From Haliotis rufescens (taxonomy: Eukaryota), in assembly GCF_023055435.1 (NCBI RefSeq), contig NW_025963779.1, positions 21,328,001 through 21,392,000 on the forward strand: DNA of 64,000 bases, given 5' to 3'. Below are positions 46,501 through 57,440 of the stretch, piece after piece. The notes under the pieces were generated by a model that did not search any database, was not told where the DNA came from, and worked only from the letters and a program-made list of their open reading frames with translations. A program made the position numbers and the translations under genes. Each line of letters starts with the position of its first letter. Within the stretch, counting starts at the first letter, position 1.

Positions 46501-49083
46501 ATAATTCATAACAATATTTTCATTACTTAATTTTATGACAATATACCCTCAGATTAATTTACTTTTGTGATGTAACTTGGAAATTGATCCGCATGTTATT
46601 CTTTTGCAACTTTCAATCTGTGGTGTTAAAATTAAGTCAACAGTACACGAGGATTGTGGAGTATAGGTGTTGTTAAAAAATGTGTGTTTTAGAAGGAAAG
46701 GGAATGTCTGTCCATGGCCCAGTGTAAGGGACATAACTCTGGAACACTTGTTGGGGAACGGGTGGCCCAGTTGTCTTAGGGGCTACAATTCGCGCGCAAG
46801 AAAGCAGTGATCATCTGTTCTAATCCTAGTCCGCCTTGATTATGTTCACCCTGCATCACTTCAGGCTTTCCTCCCACATTAGGCTGAGGTGCCGTGATAT
46901 GACTAGAATACTGTTTAAAGCGGTGTTAACCCATTCTGGAACACTTGCATTCATTTTGAATGCTGTTCCACAGATGGCGTAGACAGGATCGTGAACCCAA
47001 CAATCATGATGCAGCCAGACCCGTGAAGATTCGGGGTAGAACAGGTCTTCAGCAACCCATGCTTGCCGTAAAAGGCAACTATGCTTGTCGTAAGAGTCGA
47101 CTGATGGGATGGGGTGGTCAGGCTCGCTGACTTTGTTGATGCATGTCAATGATCCCAATTGTGTGGATCGATGCTCATGATGCCAATAACTGGATTTACA
47201 GACCGCCGTCATATAGCTGGAATATTGTTGAGTGCGGCATTGAACTGCAAAAAAACACCTTGGCCACAGTTTGATTATGATATGTTAGAAAGTTTTCCTC
47301 AGTGTCACTTTGTGCATGTTGTGTGATTTCCTGTTTGTGTTCCAGCCAAACTGGTGCCGGTTGGGTACGGTATCAACAAGCTACAGATCATGTGTGTAGT
47401 GGTAGACGACAAGGTACGTGACTGGTATACCTGTTCCTTCATTATCCTGCATATCTCCATCTTATGACACCCAGGACCCATTTTCCACCAAAGCGTCGTT
47501 TGGATAGAGCATGTGCCCTGAGGGAGGAAAGTCTGGTTTCAATTCCCTGGTTCCTTTATAAGTGGTACTTGCTACCCGGCACTCAGCATTAATGGGATAA
47601 AAAAGGACTGGCCGGCTTGGAGTCTGTATTATGTGTCTGAGTGGGGCATCCATATCAAACTGCAGCATTGTATCTTGGTGGGCCCGCACTATAAGACTTG
47701 ACACGTCTGGACTAGTACAAGCAGCCACACACACACTTGCATGCATGTCACTGTATGAGTGAAATAACCTTGAACGCGATGTTAAACCCCATTTCACCTT
47801 GTTTTGCAAGTGACATCACTATCTCTAGTATCACCCACTTTACACAGAATTTCTCTTGGTCATGAATTTTTTGTTGTCATGCAAACTACCCCAAACGAAG
47901 CTATGGCAAATAGGTCCCGGGTATTTATGGTATAAAATTGAAGATGTAACATGCTTGATAGTCAAGGATACCAAGGCACCACTGTATTATCCCTTCACAA
48001 GTTAACTGTGATTATATGGTCAAAGTCATATTGGATGGGGTTAAGCCATTAGTATATGCAGGAGGAACAAGCACTCTTACATCACACGTGCCCTGGTTAT
48101 GCACAGTTATTATTTCCAGTAATAGCAGCCCAAAGTGTTGCTATCTCCTTAAGATCAGATCTCGCTGCTTCTACACAAAGATCGGACATGCCATTACAGG
48201 TCATGTCAGAATGACCTTTCGCGAAGTTTGAACAACCACTGAATGACTAACAAGAAGTCGACATTAGCCAATGAGAAAGCAGTTTTCTCTAGCTCCATGG
48301 CACCAGTTTAAGACTGGCAACTACACTTTGAAAAATATTTTGACAAAGTTCAAGATGTGAAAATTGAACAAAAGAGCATACTGGAATGTCTAATAGATGG
48401 CCTAGAATATATGGCGCTACTTCCCATGTGCAATGAAAAATCACTTCCATTCAAATGTTTATCCCATTCAATTGTACAGCCCGTAACTGTCGTTTGGAAT
48501 ACCCTGTGTTAAACTTTTCACGGTTGCATGATTAGAAAACACATTACGACTGTCACTTTCCTGATTTGGTAAGGGACACTCTGATTGGTCAGATGGAACG
48601 TCGTTCTGATGTGACCCGTAATGGGATGTCCTCAAATCTTTTTTTTGCGGTAGTGAGAACTAAGATCTGATTTATATGAGATTGTAAGTGTTGGTACCGT
48701 TTGCACATCTCCACAGCTAACAATATCTCATTTGTTTACTTCTTCAGCTACATAACAAATCAATACAGATTGCAGTACAGACCTATGTAACACGATGTAC
48801 TGCAACACAAAATTACTGTTACTGAAATAGCCATTGTTGATAGCCATGTTAAAAAATGAAGTGATCATTCTTTTCTAAGATTGTGTGAATTTTTTTTGCA
48901 AAAAGTATAAAGTGTATAGTTTGAAGCGGTACAGCTTTTATGTTTCAATGGTCTGGAATGTTTTCGCTGCGCTATTCATGTGACATGTTGTTACAGGTTG
49001 GCACAGACTTCCTGGAGGAATCCATCACAGCTCATGAAGACTTTGTACAGTCAGTTGATGTTGTAGCATTCAACAAGATCTAA
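34564..49083 (+). CDS. EEF1D: Elongation factor 1-delta (eEF1B delta), 8 coding exons, 260 aa
   Basis: Exons: 34564-34671 ([26 protein letters not shown]), 37531-37608 ([13 protein letters not shown]), 40002-40071, 42068-42249 (leucine zipper, [12 protein letters not shown]), 42993-43056, 46131-46256 ([19 protein letters not shown]), 47346-47413 ([14 protein letters not shown]) and 48997-49083 ([12 protein letters not shown]), 783 nt in frame. The delta-type N-terminus and zipper are present, with no GST-like domain. Confidence 0.95.
36556..36900. mobile_element. Tc1/mariner-type MITE (CCGTATTCGA TIR), copy 2 in an EEF1D intron
   Basis: TA TSD, colinear with 27695-28037. Confidence 0.85.
42560..42902. 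repeat. 25-bp minisatellite, ~14 copies, in an EEF1D intron
   Basis: Unit AGATAGCAGCCTGGTAGATAGTGCA. It explains the repetitive ORFs at 42531-42961. Confidence 0.95.
43462..44449. mobile_element. Degenerate TIR element (…ATCAGATCT… ends) carrying nested SINE B and SINE C
   Basis: Ends are mutually inverted. The body is the reverse complement of 48140-48684, and a small relative is at ~59560-59655. Confidence 0.65.
44629..45066. mobile_element. hAT-type MITE
   Basis: TAGGGCTG...CAGCCCTA termini, perfect 8-bp TSD GTGAAAAC and subterminal CGAATA repeats. Confidence 0.9.
48140..48684. mobile_element. Second copy of the same TIR element, opposite orientation
   Basis: For example GAATGACTAACAAGAAGTCGACATTAGCCAATGAGAAAGCAG is close to the reverse complement of 44297-44339. 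Confidence 0.65.
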
Positions 49084-49996
49084 TATCAGTGTATACTTTT
49101 TATCATGTACATGTCTTTCGTCAGTTACAAATAAATGCTGACACCTCAAGCATGTTTTGATTTTTTTTCCACTTGGGAGGCAAGCAATAAAAATCCTGGT
49201 AATTATCAGGAACTGGTTGTTGAGGCACGAGTCAGTTTTTGCATTCCAGGTTGTGTTATTCTGTGTAACCCTGGGTAAGTAGCCTGTTGATGGGCTACGT
49301 CTATCTGGTAAAACTTTGTCATTACAAACTCCATGGGACTGTTGAAATTTGTTTATATCTGTAGTTTGTAACTCACAACACCTTGTCTTCAAGTACATCC
49401 ACTATTAGTGGTGTACATATTCAGAGTCTACTCTTCAGCAACCCATGCTTGCCATTAAAGGCGACTACGCCTTTCGTAAGAGGCGACTGACAGGATCGGG
49501 CGGTCAGACTTGCTGATGTGGTTGACGTGTCATTGTATGCCAATTGCGTAGATCGATGCTCATGATGGCAATCACTGGATTGTCTGGTCCAGGCTCGATT
49601 ATTTACAGACTACCATCATTTACCGGGACCATTCCTGAGTGGCATTGAACAACAAACAAGCAAACAAAACAGAATCTAATGTTCACAATTTTGGAATGAA
49701 TGTACCAGGATGTACTCCATTCAAACTGAATCACCATTCAAGGTCATGGACATGCTCAAGTTCATTTATACATCATGGTTTATTTGTGATAGTTACAGCA
49801 GATATTAAATTGGCATTTGGAAGCTGTAGTATCAGTGAAAAGAGGGCTGACGTATAGATTTCAACTTCCTCCTCTGTGTGACATTTACATAAGGTGCTAC
49901 TTTATTCCTACCCACTGGTTGATTAAGGTACAATCACCTGTACTGAAATGTCACACTGAAAGAGTTGTGAAAGTAAGATCCATGTCAACCGAGTCT

Positions 49997-50277
49997 GGGG
50001 GCACGGGTGGCCCAGTCGGGTAAGGCGCCGCGATTCGCTGTGCAGAGTTGCGTCCTTTGGGCACGCCAGAAACCTATGATTGTGGGTTCGAATCCCGGTT
50101 CACCCCGATTATGTTTCTAGGTTTGTCAGCACCATACCCGTGCTCGTGGGTTTCACCGAAGTGGTAAACGGCGGAGACCTGCATCACTTCGGGTGTTCCT
50201 CCCACATTAAGCTGACACGCCGCGATATGACTGAAATACTGTTAAAAGCGGCGTTAAACCCAACTCACTCAGTCACT
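49997..50277 (+). mobile_element. tRNA(Leu)-like SINE family C (~270 bp) with V-SINE-like central motif
   Basis: Head GGCACGGGTGGCCCAGTCG..TAAGGCGC, B box GGTTCGAATCCC, central GTGGGTTTC...TTCCTCCCACA, tail GCGGCGTTAAACCC(ACTC)n. Other copies: 4780-4940(-), 4942-5207(-), 11547-11805, 14985-15430(-), 23027-23558, 24964-25066, 43745-44000(-), 46753-46935. Confidence 0.88.
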
Positions 50278-50779
50278 AAACCCTGTCTTCACAGTTACAG
50301 AATATGACTTTGTAGGCCATGTTCACTGTATTTAGCACCTCACTCGAATAAGAGCCTCCTGACCATCTTCCAGACCAATATGTAAGTAATCTTTTCAAGC
50401 TGCATCGTCTTGTGCATATTACAGGTGTTTTTACACAGTAACCACAGCGGTAGAGATAGGGTATGTAACTGCCTGGTAACTATTGTCAAAAATGTTTTAG
50501 TTTTATTGATGTGGATGTTTTAGCTAGTCTGTTCTCAAACGCTTGATCTCTACACACTTTTAACTTGTGTATGGTTTTCAAAAGTGCCCCATTTGTCAAT
50601 GTTCTTAGCACCTGGGGTGCTTATTATGGTGAATATGGTATATATAATGTATTGTGTAATGGAGACAAGACAGCAGTCCATAGCCACGACAGCAGGAATT
50701 GGCTCGATCATCCTTGGGTTGTCAGGTAACCATGCTTCTGAGTCCACCACCTTCACCACATTTGCCTTTGCTACCACAG

Positions 50780-51122
50780 GACCACCTCCGTCGTCTAGTG
50801 GTAGAGCGTCCGCCTGGAGAGCAGAAGGTCCGGGGTTTGATCCCTGGCTCGTCGTACTTACTAAAAGATGTTAAAAGATGGTACTTGTTTTAACCCTGCC
50901 TGGCGCTCAGCATTAAGGGGCTAAAACAAGAACTGGTCAGTTCGGAGTCGGTATACTGTGTCTGAGTGGGGTATTCATGTTGAACTGCGGCATGGTATCT
51001 CAGTGGGCTAGCACTATAAATCGGCATCAGTCCGTACTAGTACAAGCAGCCACACACATGTACATGCATGTCGCTATATAAGTGCAATAATCTTTGACGC
51101 GACCTTAAACCCCATAACCTCA
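50780..51122 (+). mobile_element. tRNA-derived SINE family D (~340 bp), Meta/MESC-like central domain
   Basis: tRNA-like head, central AAAAGATGGTACTTG...CCCTGCCTGGCGCTCAGCATTAAGGG, (CTCAC)n-type tail, flanking repeat CCTTTGCTACCA. Other copies: 6260-6562(-), 18650-18925, 47490-47800(-), 60065-60295(-) and a tail at 70-152(-). The domain name is from memory. Confidence 0.8.
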
Positions 51123-53731
51123 CCTTTGCTACCATATCAGCTAACTTGAATTGCTGAAACTGAAAGATGGTGAAAAAAAGGCTGTAAGCTTAACTAACTC
51201 AAAAAGCAAAAAGCATCTTCGAATAGTGTTGGATGACATTGTCACTGCAACATCAGACAGTCATCAAAGGATTACCCACACAAAACTATTCTGGTCCCTC
51301 ATACATCAAGGGGTACTAGGGATTAACTCTACTGGGCAACATCTCGGTTGTTTATTTGTCTTTGCATTCACTTACAACAAACAGATTCTGGTAGTAGTGA
51401 AAATATGCAGTCATCCTCAAGGAAATATGTCTTTTGCAGTGGAAGACTTTTTGACTGGAATGTTACAAACACTGTACTTCAGCTTGTGTATTTACATTTG
51501 GTCATTTAGTTAAACCAGTTTGGGACTGGGGTTACCAATTGTTTGAATAAACACAAATAAATTCTACGCCACACTTTGCACACCTTTAGTCAGTGATCCA
51601 TTTAAGAATGGACTTAAATATTTTTTGCGTTTGTAGAGGCTGGCATAAAGTAAAAAACTGTGTGCACACTGTGAATATGCGTGTGATTTATAAAGGTGTG
51701 GACATCTTTTTTTACATTTATTCCTCCACAAGCACAAAAATTACTGTTGACAATACGAAATCTGACATTGTTCACAAGCCCCACCAATTCTATTTCCAGC
51801 CAGTCAGGAAAAAGCAGTCTGTACGTAGGCGTGTCCAAACTTTGTTTCAGTTTATGGCAACAAACACAAAAACTCTTTGCTTCGTTAGCCAATTAAATGC
51901 CACGGAATCACTTGCGATTTATTTATTATCAAAGACCCTATCAATGATAGAGACTAAATAAGTAATAGCCATGAAAATAGCATCTTTCGTCAAATAGAGA
52001 CTCAAAACAATATGCAATCATGTTCTTGTCAGACAGATGTACAGCTGGTGCTGTATGTTTTTCCCTGTATACATTACCCTTGTTTACAGAACCTGAAAGA
52101 GCGGATTGTCCATGCAAGTCTGTCGGGAAGTCATGCAAATACCAGTAGATGCAAAACTACTGATGCAGCCACTCCTGGCTGGCTGGTATAAGTTATAAAC
52201 TGCATCTTTATAATGCACCGAGTCAACACCGTAAAGCCCCACATGATTAACCTGGTCAATGGATCTGTGTGCACTCGATTTTCATTCTCAGCTCCCTGGG
52301 GAACATACAATGCAAGCTGCCCGTGAGTTGCTGGAAGGTTATGTCACAAGACCATCTCATCCTACCAGGTACATGTACCTATTCACAAGTCGTTCTTTTA
52401 ACTCCATACATGTGATGTTGACACAGAAATAAATACAAACAGAATCGAGTTTACTGGTATATCTTTAATTATCTCAACATTTAAACAGTTAACCCAACAA
52501 AACGCTTAATGTATCCTTCCAGATGGTTGGAGATGAAAACGGTGAATGATTTCAGGAACAATGTTCAATACCTCAATGATTCAGCACCATAAACATTCTA
52601 TTATTGCAATGTCAATGAGAATAAAGTGCAATTTTCAATCACAGAATCAACCATTTCAGTCATGCTGCCTACTAATGTTTGTTTGTTATTTAACGCCGCA
52701 CTCAGCAATATTCAAGCTATATGACGGCGGACTGTAAATAATCGAAACTGGACCAGACAATCCAGTGAATGACATCATGAGCATCAATCCACACAATTGG
52801 AATACGATGACATGCATCAACCAAGTCAGCGAGCCTGACCACCTGTTCCCTCAATAGCCTTTTATGACAAACATTTATAGTCGCCATTTACGGCAAGCAT
52901 GGGTTGCTACTAATGAACATGATGAATAGATATATGTTAAAATCATATCTGACCTACCATGAACTCTTACTTCCACGAGGGGCGGTCGGGTAGCCTAGTG
53001 GTAAAAGCATTTGCTCGTCATGCCGAAGACCCGGGTTCGATTCCCGACATGGGTACAATGTGTGAAGCCCATTTCTGGTGTCCCCCACCATGATATTGCT
53101 AGAATAATGCTAAAAGCGGCGTAAAACCAAACTCACTCACTCTTACTTCCACGACAAGATAGATGATGACACACTTCAGACATACCATGTCAATCAGTAT
53201 GTTCATTATGGAAACAGAAACCAACAGAATGAACACTGTTTAGATTCACCTTGTGAATTACATGAACATCATTAACAAGAAAGTCTGAAAACCTGGTAAG
53301 GTGTCAAAACAGAAATGTTTTTCATTCATCCAACTTTCAAGATCCAAACAGAGTATTTCAACTATCTTCTGCATTCAAAACAATTCATGCCTTCATCCTT
53401 GATAGTCTGGTTTACTTGTGACACACATTAGGAACCTGCTTTTGAAAAACGTGACTGGGGTCATTAGAACAACAGACTTTGGTAAAATATCTTTTCATAC
53501 TCAATGACGACATGTGTTGAGCTGTTTTCAAGGTGTCATCCAATCAAATGAACATGCACCCTTCTCTGTTAGGTGTCAGAATACAAAGTAGTTCATGATC
53601 CTATCACATGTATGTTGTAAAATGGCGAAGTTTCCCATTCAGTGGAGGATTTGTGATTTGCAACCGAATTCAGATTGAGTCATTTGGTCATTTTAAACTG
53701 GACAGAATATCACCACTGAAGAATATCTCTA

Positions 53732-55150
53732 TCACTCATCCCCTTTGTAAAGATGTCTCGTGAAGCTCTTCGACTTGCAGCCAACTGTCTCCACTTGCTC
53801 ACACCCTGCTGTTTTGGCCATTGATGCTGTTTTCTTCAGGAATTCTTCTGTTTGTTCCTTCTTAATTTCAAGCATAAACTGAGCAGTTTCCAAGATAACT
53901 GTACATTGTTTTGCAAATATTTTGCTGACATCTGGAGTAAGCTGGTGGACCATACTATTTGAGAAATATACAACGTCAAAGAATTTCTGGTATTTGCTCT
54001 TGGCTGCAACATGATCCTTCACAGGGCCAATTGGTAAGAAGGTGACCTTGACATCATCAACAGGGATGGCTTGGTATGGAAGTTCATGTTGTGATGATGA
54101 TGCCATCTTTTCTTTCTCATTATTTTCTTCTTCTTCCTCTTCCTCTGTAATTTCAGTCAATTTCACCGAGGATGACTGTTTGGGTTCTTCCTTCACTGGT
54201 TGCTTGTACCTCTCACCTGTTGCAAGTTCATGCAGCATGGCTTGCATATTGAACTGTGAAACATCTTCAGCTGTTTTTGTGTACAAGTTATTACACTTTT
54301 TGAAAAAAGATTGCTCTTCAGATTCAATTCCTAGTGAAATGTAAGGACTGACAATAATATCTCCCCAGTATCCCATCCTCCCATGCTTTTCTCCCTGATG
54401 GTCAAACACTCGAGCAGATGCCATGGTCTTATTTGGTGTATCATATGTTCCCTCTCTGAACTCGAAAGCAACTCCAGTGTTTCTCCAGGTCTGATATTCG
54501 GACTTGTTCACAACGTCGGCGTCTCTTTCCGCGAGTCCCATATGATAGTCCCAGTCAAAAACATTCATTCTTGTGTCGTATCGTGTCTTTAAGTTTTGGC
54601 GCATTCGCAAATCCCAGCATTTAGATACATCAAATGTGAACTTTGTATTTTGCCACAGTTTGAAGATACCCTCCAGAAAGTCTCGTTCTTTGAACTTGAG
54701 CTGTGATAAATCAAACACCGGAAGTTTTTCTTCCAAATAGTCTACATCTGTCACCATCTTGATGAATTCTGTGGCCTTTTTCTGGACGTACTGCATTGTT
54801 TGTTCCCTTATAAGTATGTTTCCATACAATTCTAGAAATAGCTCACTCTTTTCTTGCAATCCCATTCTATCTTGCATTTCAAGGGCTACAGTCATAAGTA
54901 GAATATCACGGGCATAGAGTTCTAAGGCAGCTTCGCATACAAACATGTTTATTTTCTTGTGTTTGTGTCTCTTCCTGTTAGCAATTGTCTTCAATATATG
55001 TCTTATGTCTCCAGCTCCAACCAACAGAATATTTACCACATCATTTGTATCTTGCAACGACGTTTTCTCCATCAACGCTCCAACATCAGCATCCTGAAAG
55101 TCGATGGCAGGACTAAATCCCCACCACGTAATAGTGCCTAGACCATCCAT
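53732..55150 (-). CDS. DNAAF3: Dynein axonemal assembly factor 3 (PF22), single coding exon, 472 aa
   Basis: Uninterrupted ORF with DNAAF3 motifs GxGTITWWGFSPAxD, ILLVGAGDIRHILKT, FLELYGN, DLSQLKFKERDFLE, DWDY, WRNTGVAF and GYWGDIIVSPY. Confidence 0.95.
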   Translation of the reverse strand: MDGLGTITWWGFSPAIDFQDADVGALMEKTSLQDTNDVVNILLVGAGDIRHILKTIANRKRHKHKKINMFVCEAALELYARDILLMTVALEMQDRMGLQEKSELFLELYGNILIREQTMQYVQKKATEFIKMVTDVDYLEEKLPVFDLSQLKFKERDFLEGIFKLWQNTKFTFDVSKCWDLRMRQNLKTRYDTRMNVFDWDYHMGLAERDADVVNKSEYQTWRNTGVAFEFREGTYDTPNKTMASARVFDHQGEKHGRMGYWGDIIVSPYISLGIESEEQSFFKKCNNLYTKTAEDVSQFNMQAMLHELATGERYKQPVKEEPKQSSSVKLTEITEEEEEEENNEKEKMASSSQHELPYQAIPVDDVKVTFLPIGPVKDHVAAKSKYQKFFDVVYFSNSMVHQLTPDVSKIFAKQCTVILETAQFMLEIKKEQTEEFLKKTASMAKTAGCEQVETVGCKSKSFTRHLYKGDE

Positions 55151-55247
55151 CCTTTTGCAGAGGTTACAATACGGGAGACGTAATGTTTCGTATGCTGTGC
55201 GAATCTGACGTGCACAAAACAGCCAGCATGCTGGTTCCTGTTTTCCA

Positions 55248-55260
55248 GTTGCTTAGTAAC
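55248..55260. promoter_or_regulatory. RFX X-box upstream of DNAAF3
   Basis: GTTGCTTAGTAAC lies about 100 bp upstream of the ATG of a motile-cilia gene. An ETS-like ACTTCCGG is at about 55300. Confidence 0.7.
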
Positions 55261-55930
55261 GCTGGCGACGACTGTTGTAGAGAGTTGTTCCCCTTTGCTC
55301 ACTTCCGGGCACCTGTAAAAACCTCTAACCAAATTGTTTGTTTTGTAAGCTTTTAATCGGGGCTTACTTTTCTCACAATGCTTTCCTTATAGTTTTGTCA
55401 TAATATGCAAGACGATAAAATCTATAAATAATCATTAGACTAACATATGATCAAGAACTGAGAACAATTGCACATCTCGCGTTGGTTAGCGATTATTACA
55501 TGGCGTTGACAGTAAACTTACGAAGTGTTGAAAACTGACGACTTCAGTATACATGGTAAGTCAGTCCTCAGACGTTTTTCCGTTGGATCCAGATGATAGC
55601 ATTTTGATTGAAGATTTATCATTTCGAATATGATTACACGTACTGACTTCATATAATATAGTTCTACTGACCCAAATACACCCTGTACACAAACGAGAAC
55701 GGTGGTAAAATAAAACGTTAGTTTCACAGCCACGAAAACATAACTATATACAAATCTCACTCTGTATATATAGATACCAAACATACAGTCTTAGTATCGT
55801 CACCCCGATCTCTTGATCATGATAGTTCTAATTTGTCTTCAACAGAAATTGTAAATTTAAACATAACTGTCATTACCTGATTGTCATCCATCACCGATGC
55901 TGAAAGTGATGTTTTCTATGGGCGGCCATT

Positions 55931-57440
55931 CGGTTAAAAAATACAAAGTTAAAAAAAAGGACAAAAGTCCTAACAAAGGTCAAATATTACGAATAAAGAA
56001 CTAAATGTTACTGATAAAGGTCAAAATATAAAACAATGAGGCATCGGTTAAAAAAATACAAAGTTGAAATAAAGGTCAAGTACCCAATATTAATAGTCAA
56101 ATGTTACGAAAAGACGTCATAAGAAAAGAAAAAACAATGTGTACGAAAGAACGTCAGTGAGCATGAAAGGACATTGAAAATAAAGAAGGCCAGATGGCGC
56201 TGCAATTTGTAAAACATTCCGAGTTTAATCGGCTTGTTCCGTTGTGTATATGATATCTGAATGCATGCCGAGGTGCACAATGTATTACGTCACTCCTCGT
56301 GCACTCACCGTCTGACGTCATATATATACATAATGTATAATGTACACATTGTGTATATACATGTTGCGTTTAAGCATCGTCACTGGCCAAGGGCCTTTTA
56401 ATAAATACAGTATACTGTGTAATCCGACACCTGCCTAATTACTAATTAGTACATGTATACAACCTTCAATAAACATTCATTTAACGCTAAACTTAGATTA
56501 ATCTACAATGATCCAATTAGCTGTTCATACACGGTGCAACACGAGTGTGCTATGATGCCGAGTCTTGTTTCAGATGCACATATTGTCATAACATCTGAAC
56601 AGTGAATGTTGTGCGAGAATTTGTTTTATTTAACAGCTTTTCGGAAACTGTGTGTGAACAAAATGCTGCCTAATATCTGAACGTCAAAATAAATATCAAA
56701 TAGATTTGTATGCATGTGTATAACGTTACACATTCTTTAGGAAAAATAACTTGCCATAAATAAAGAAAATTGATTTTCCTCCATGACACCAGCGGTTGTT
56801 TTCAAACCAGATTTATTTTGCTTGTTTATATTTGTGACAAAGACAAGTTGTAAGTTGATGCCGAAATGTATGCGTAATTCAGGGATGTATGTATCGCAGC
56901 TGTGTGTGAAATATATGTGATGTTATAGGCGTCTCATAACCGGCATACGTGGAATGTGACTTTGTAAACACTATCCAATATGGCGGAAAGTTTGCTTGGG
57001 CGTTCGTGATTGCTTATTTTCTAAAATATTTTAAACGATTCTAGGGTTAATAAAAATTGGCATATATATATGTGCGTGTGTGTGTGATGTCAGACGGCGA
57101 GTGCACGAGGAGTGACGTAATACATTGTGCACCTCGGCATGCATGCAGTTATCATATACACGGTGGAACAAGCTGATTAAACTCGGAATGTTTTACAAAT
57201 TGCAGCGCCATCTGGCGTACTTTATTTAAACGTCCTTTCGTGCTCACTGATGTTATTATTGTATACGTCCTTTCGTGCTCACTGACGTTCTTTCAAACAC
57301 ATTGTTTTTTCTTTTCTTATGACGTCTTTTCGTAACATTTGACTATTGATATTATTACTTTCGACCTTTGTTTCAACTTTGTTAATGTTTAACCGGCGTC
57401 TGTTTGTTTTGTATTTTGACCTTTATTAGTAACAATTTGT
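55931..57440. mobile_element. Foldback-like element with ~350-400 bp inverted arms
   Basis: The left arm (~55931-56325) and right arm (~57078-57440) are reverse complements, e.g. CCAGATGGCGCTGCAATTTGTAAAACATTCCGAGTTTAATC. Outer parts are built from AAAGGTCAAA subrepeats. No ORF. Confidence 0.8.

Noticed and set aside
52979-53055. tRNA-like sequences with A and B boxes (Asp-like GTC, Leu-like heads)
   Set aside because: They are SINE heads: followed by SINE bodies and tails, flanked by TSDs, with no proper acceptor stem or Pol III terminator.
54042-54592. Antisense ORFs over DNAAF3, RPLP0, EEF1D and the cystin-like exon 1
   Set aside because: Shadow frames of real coding sequence with no independent support.
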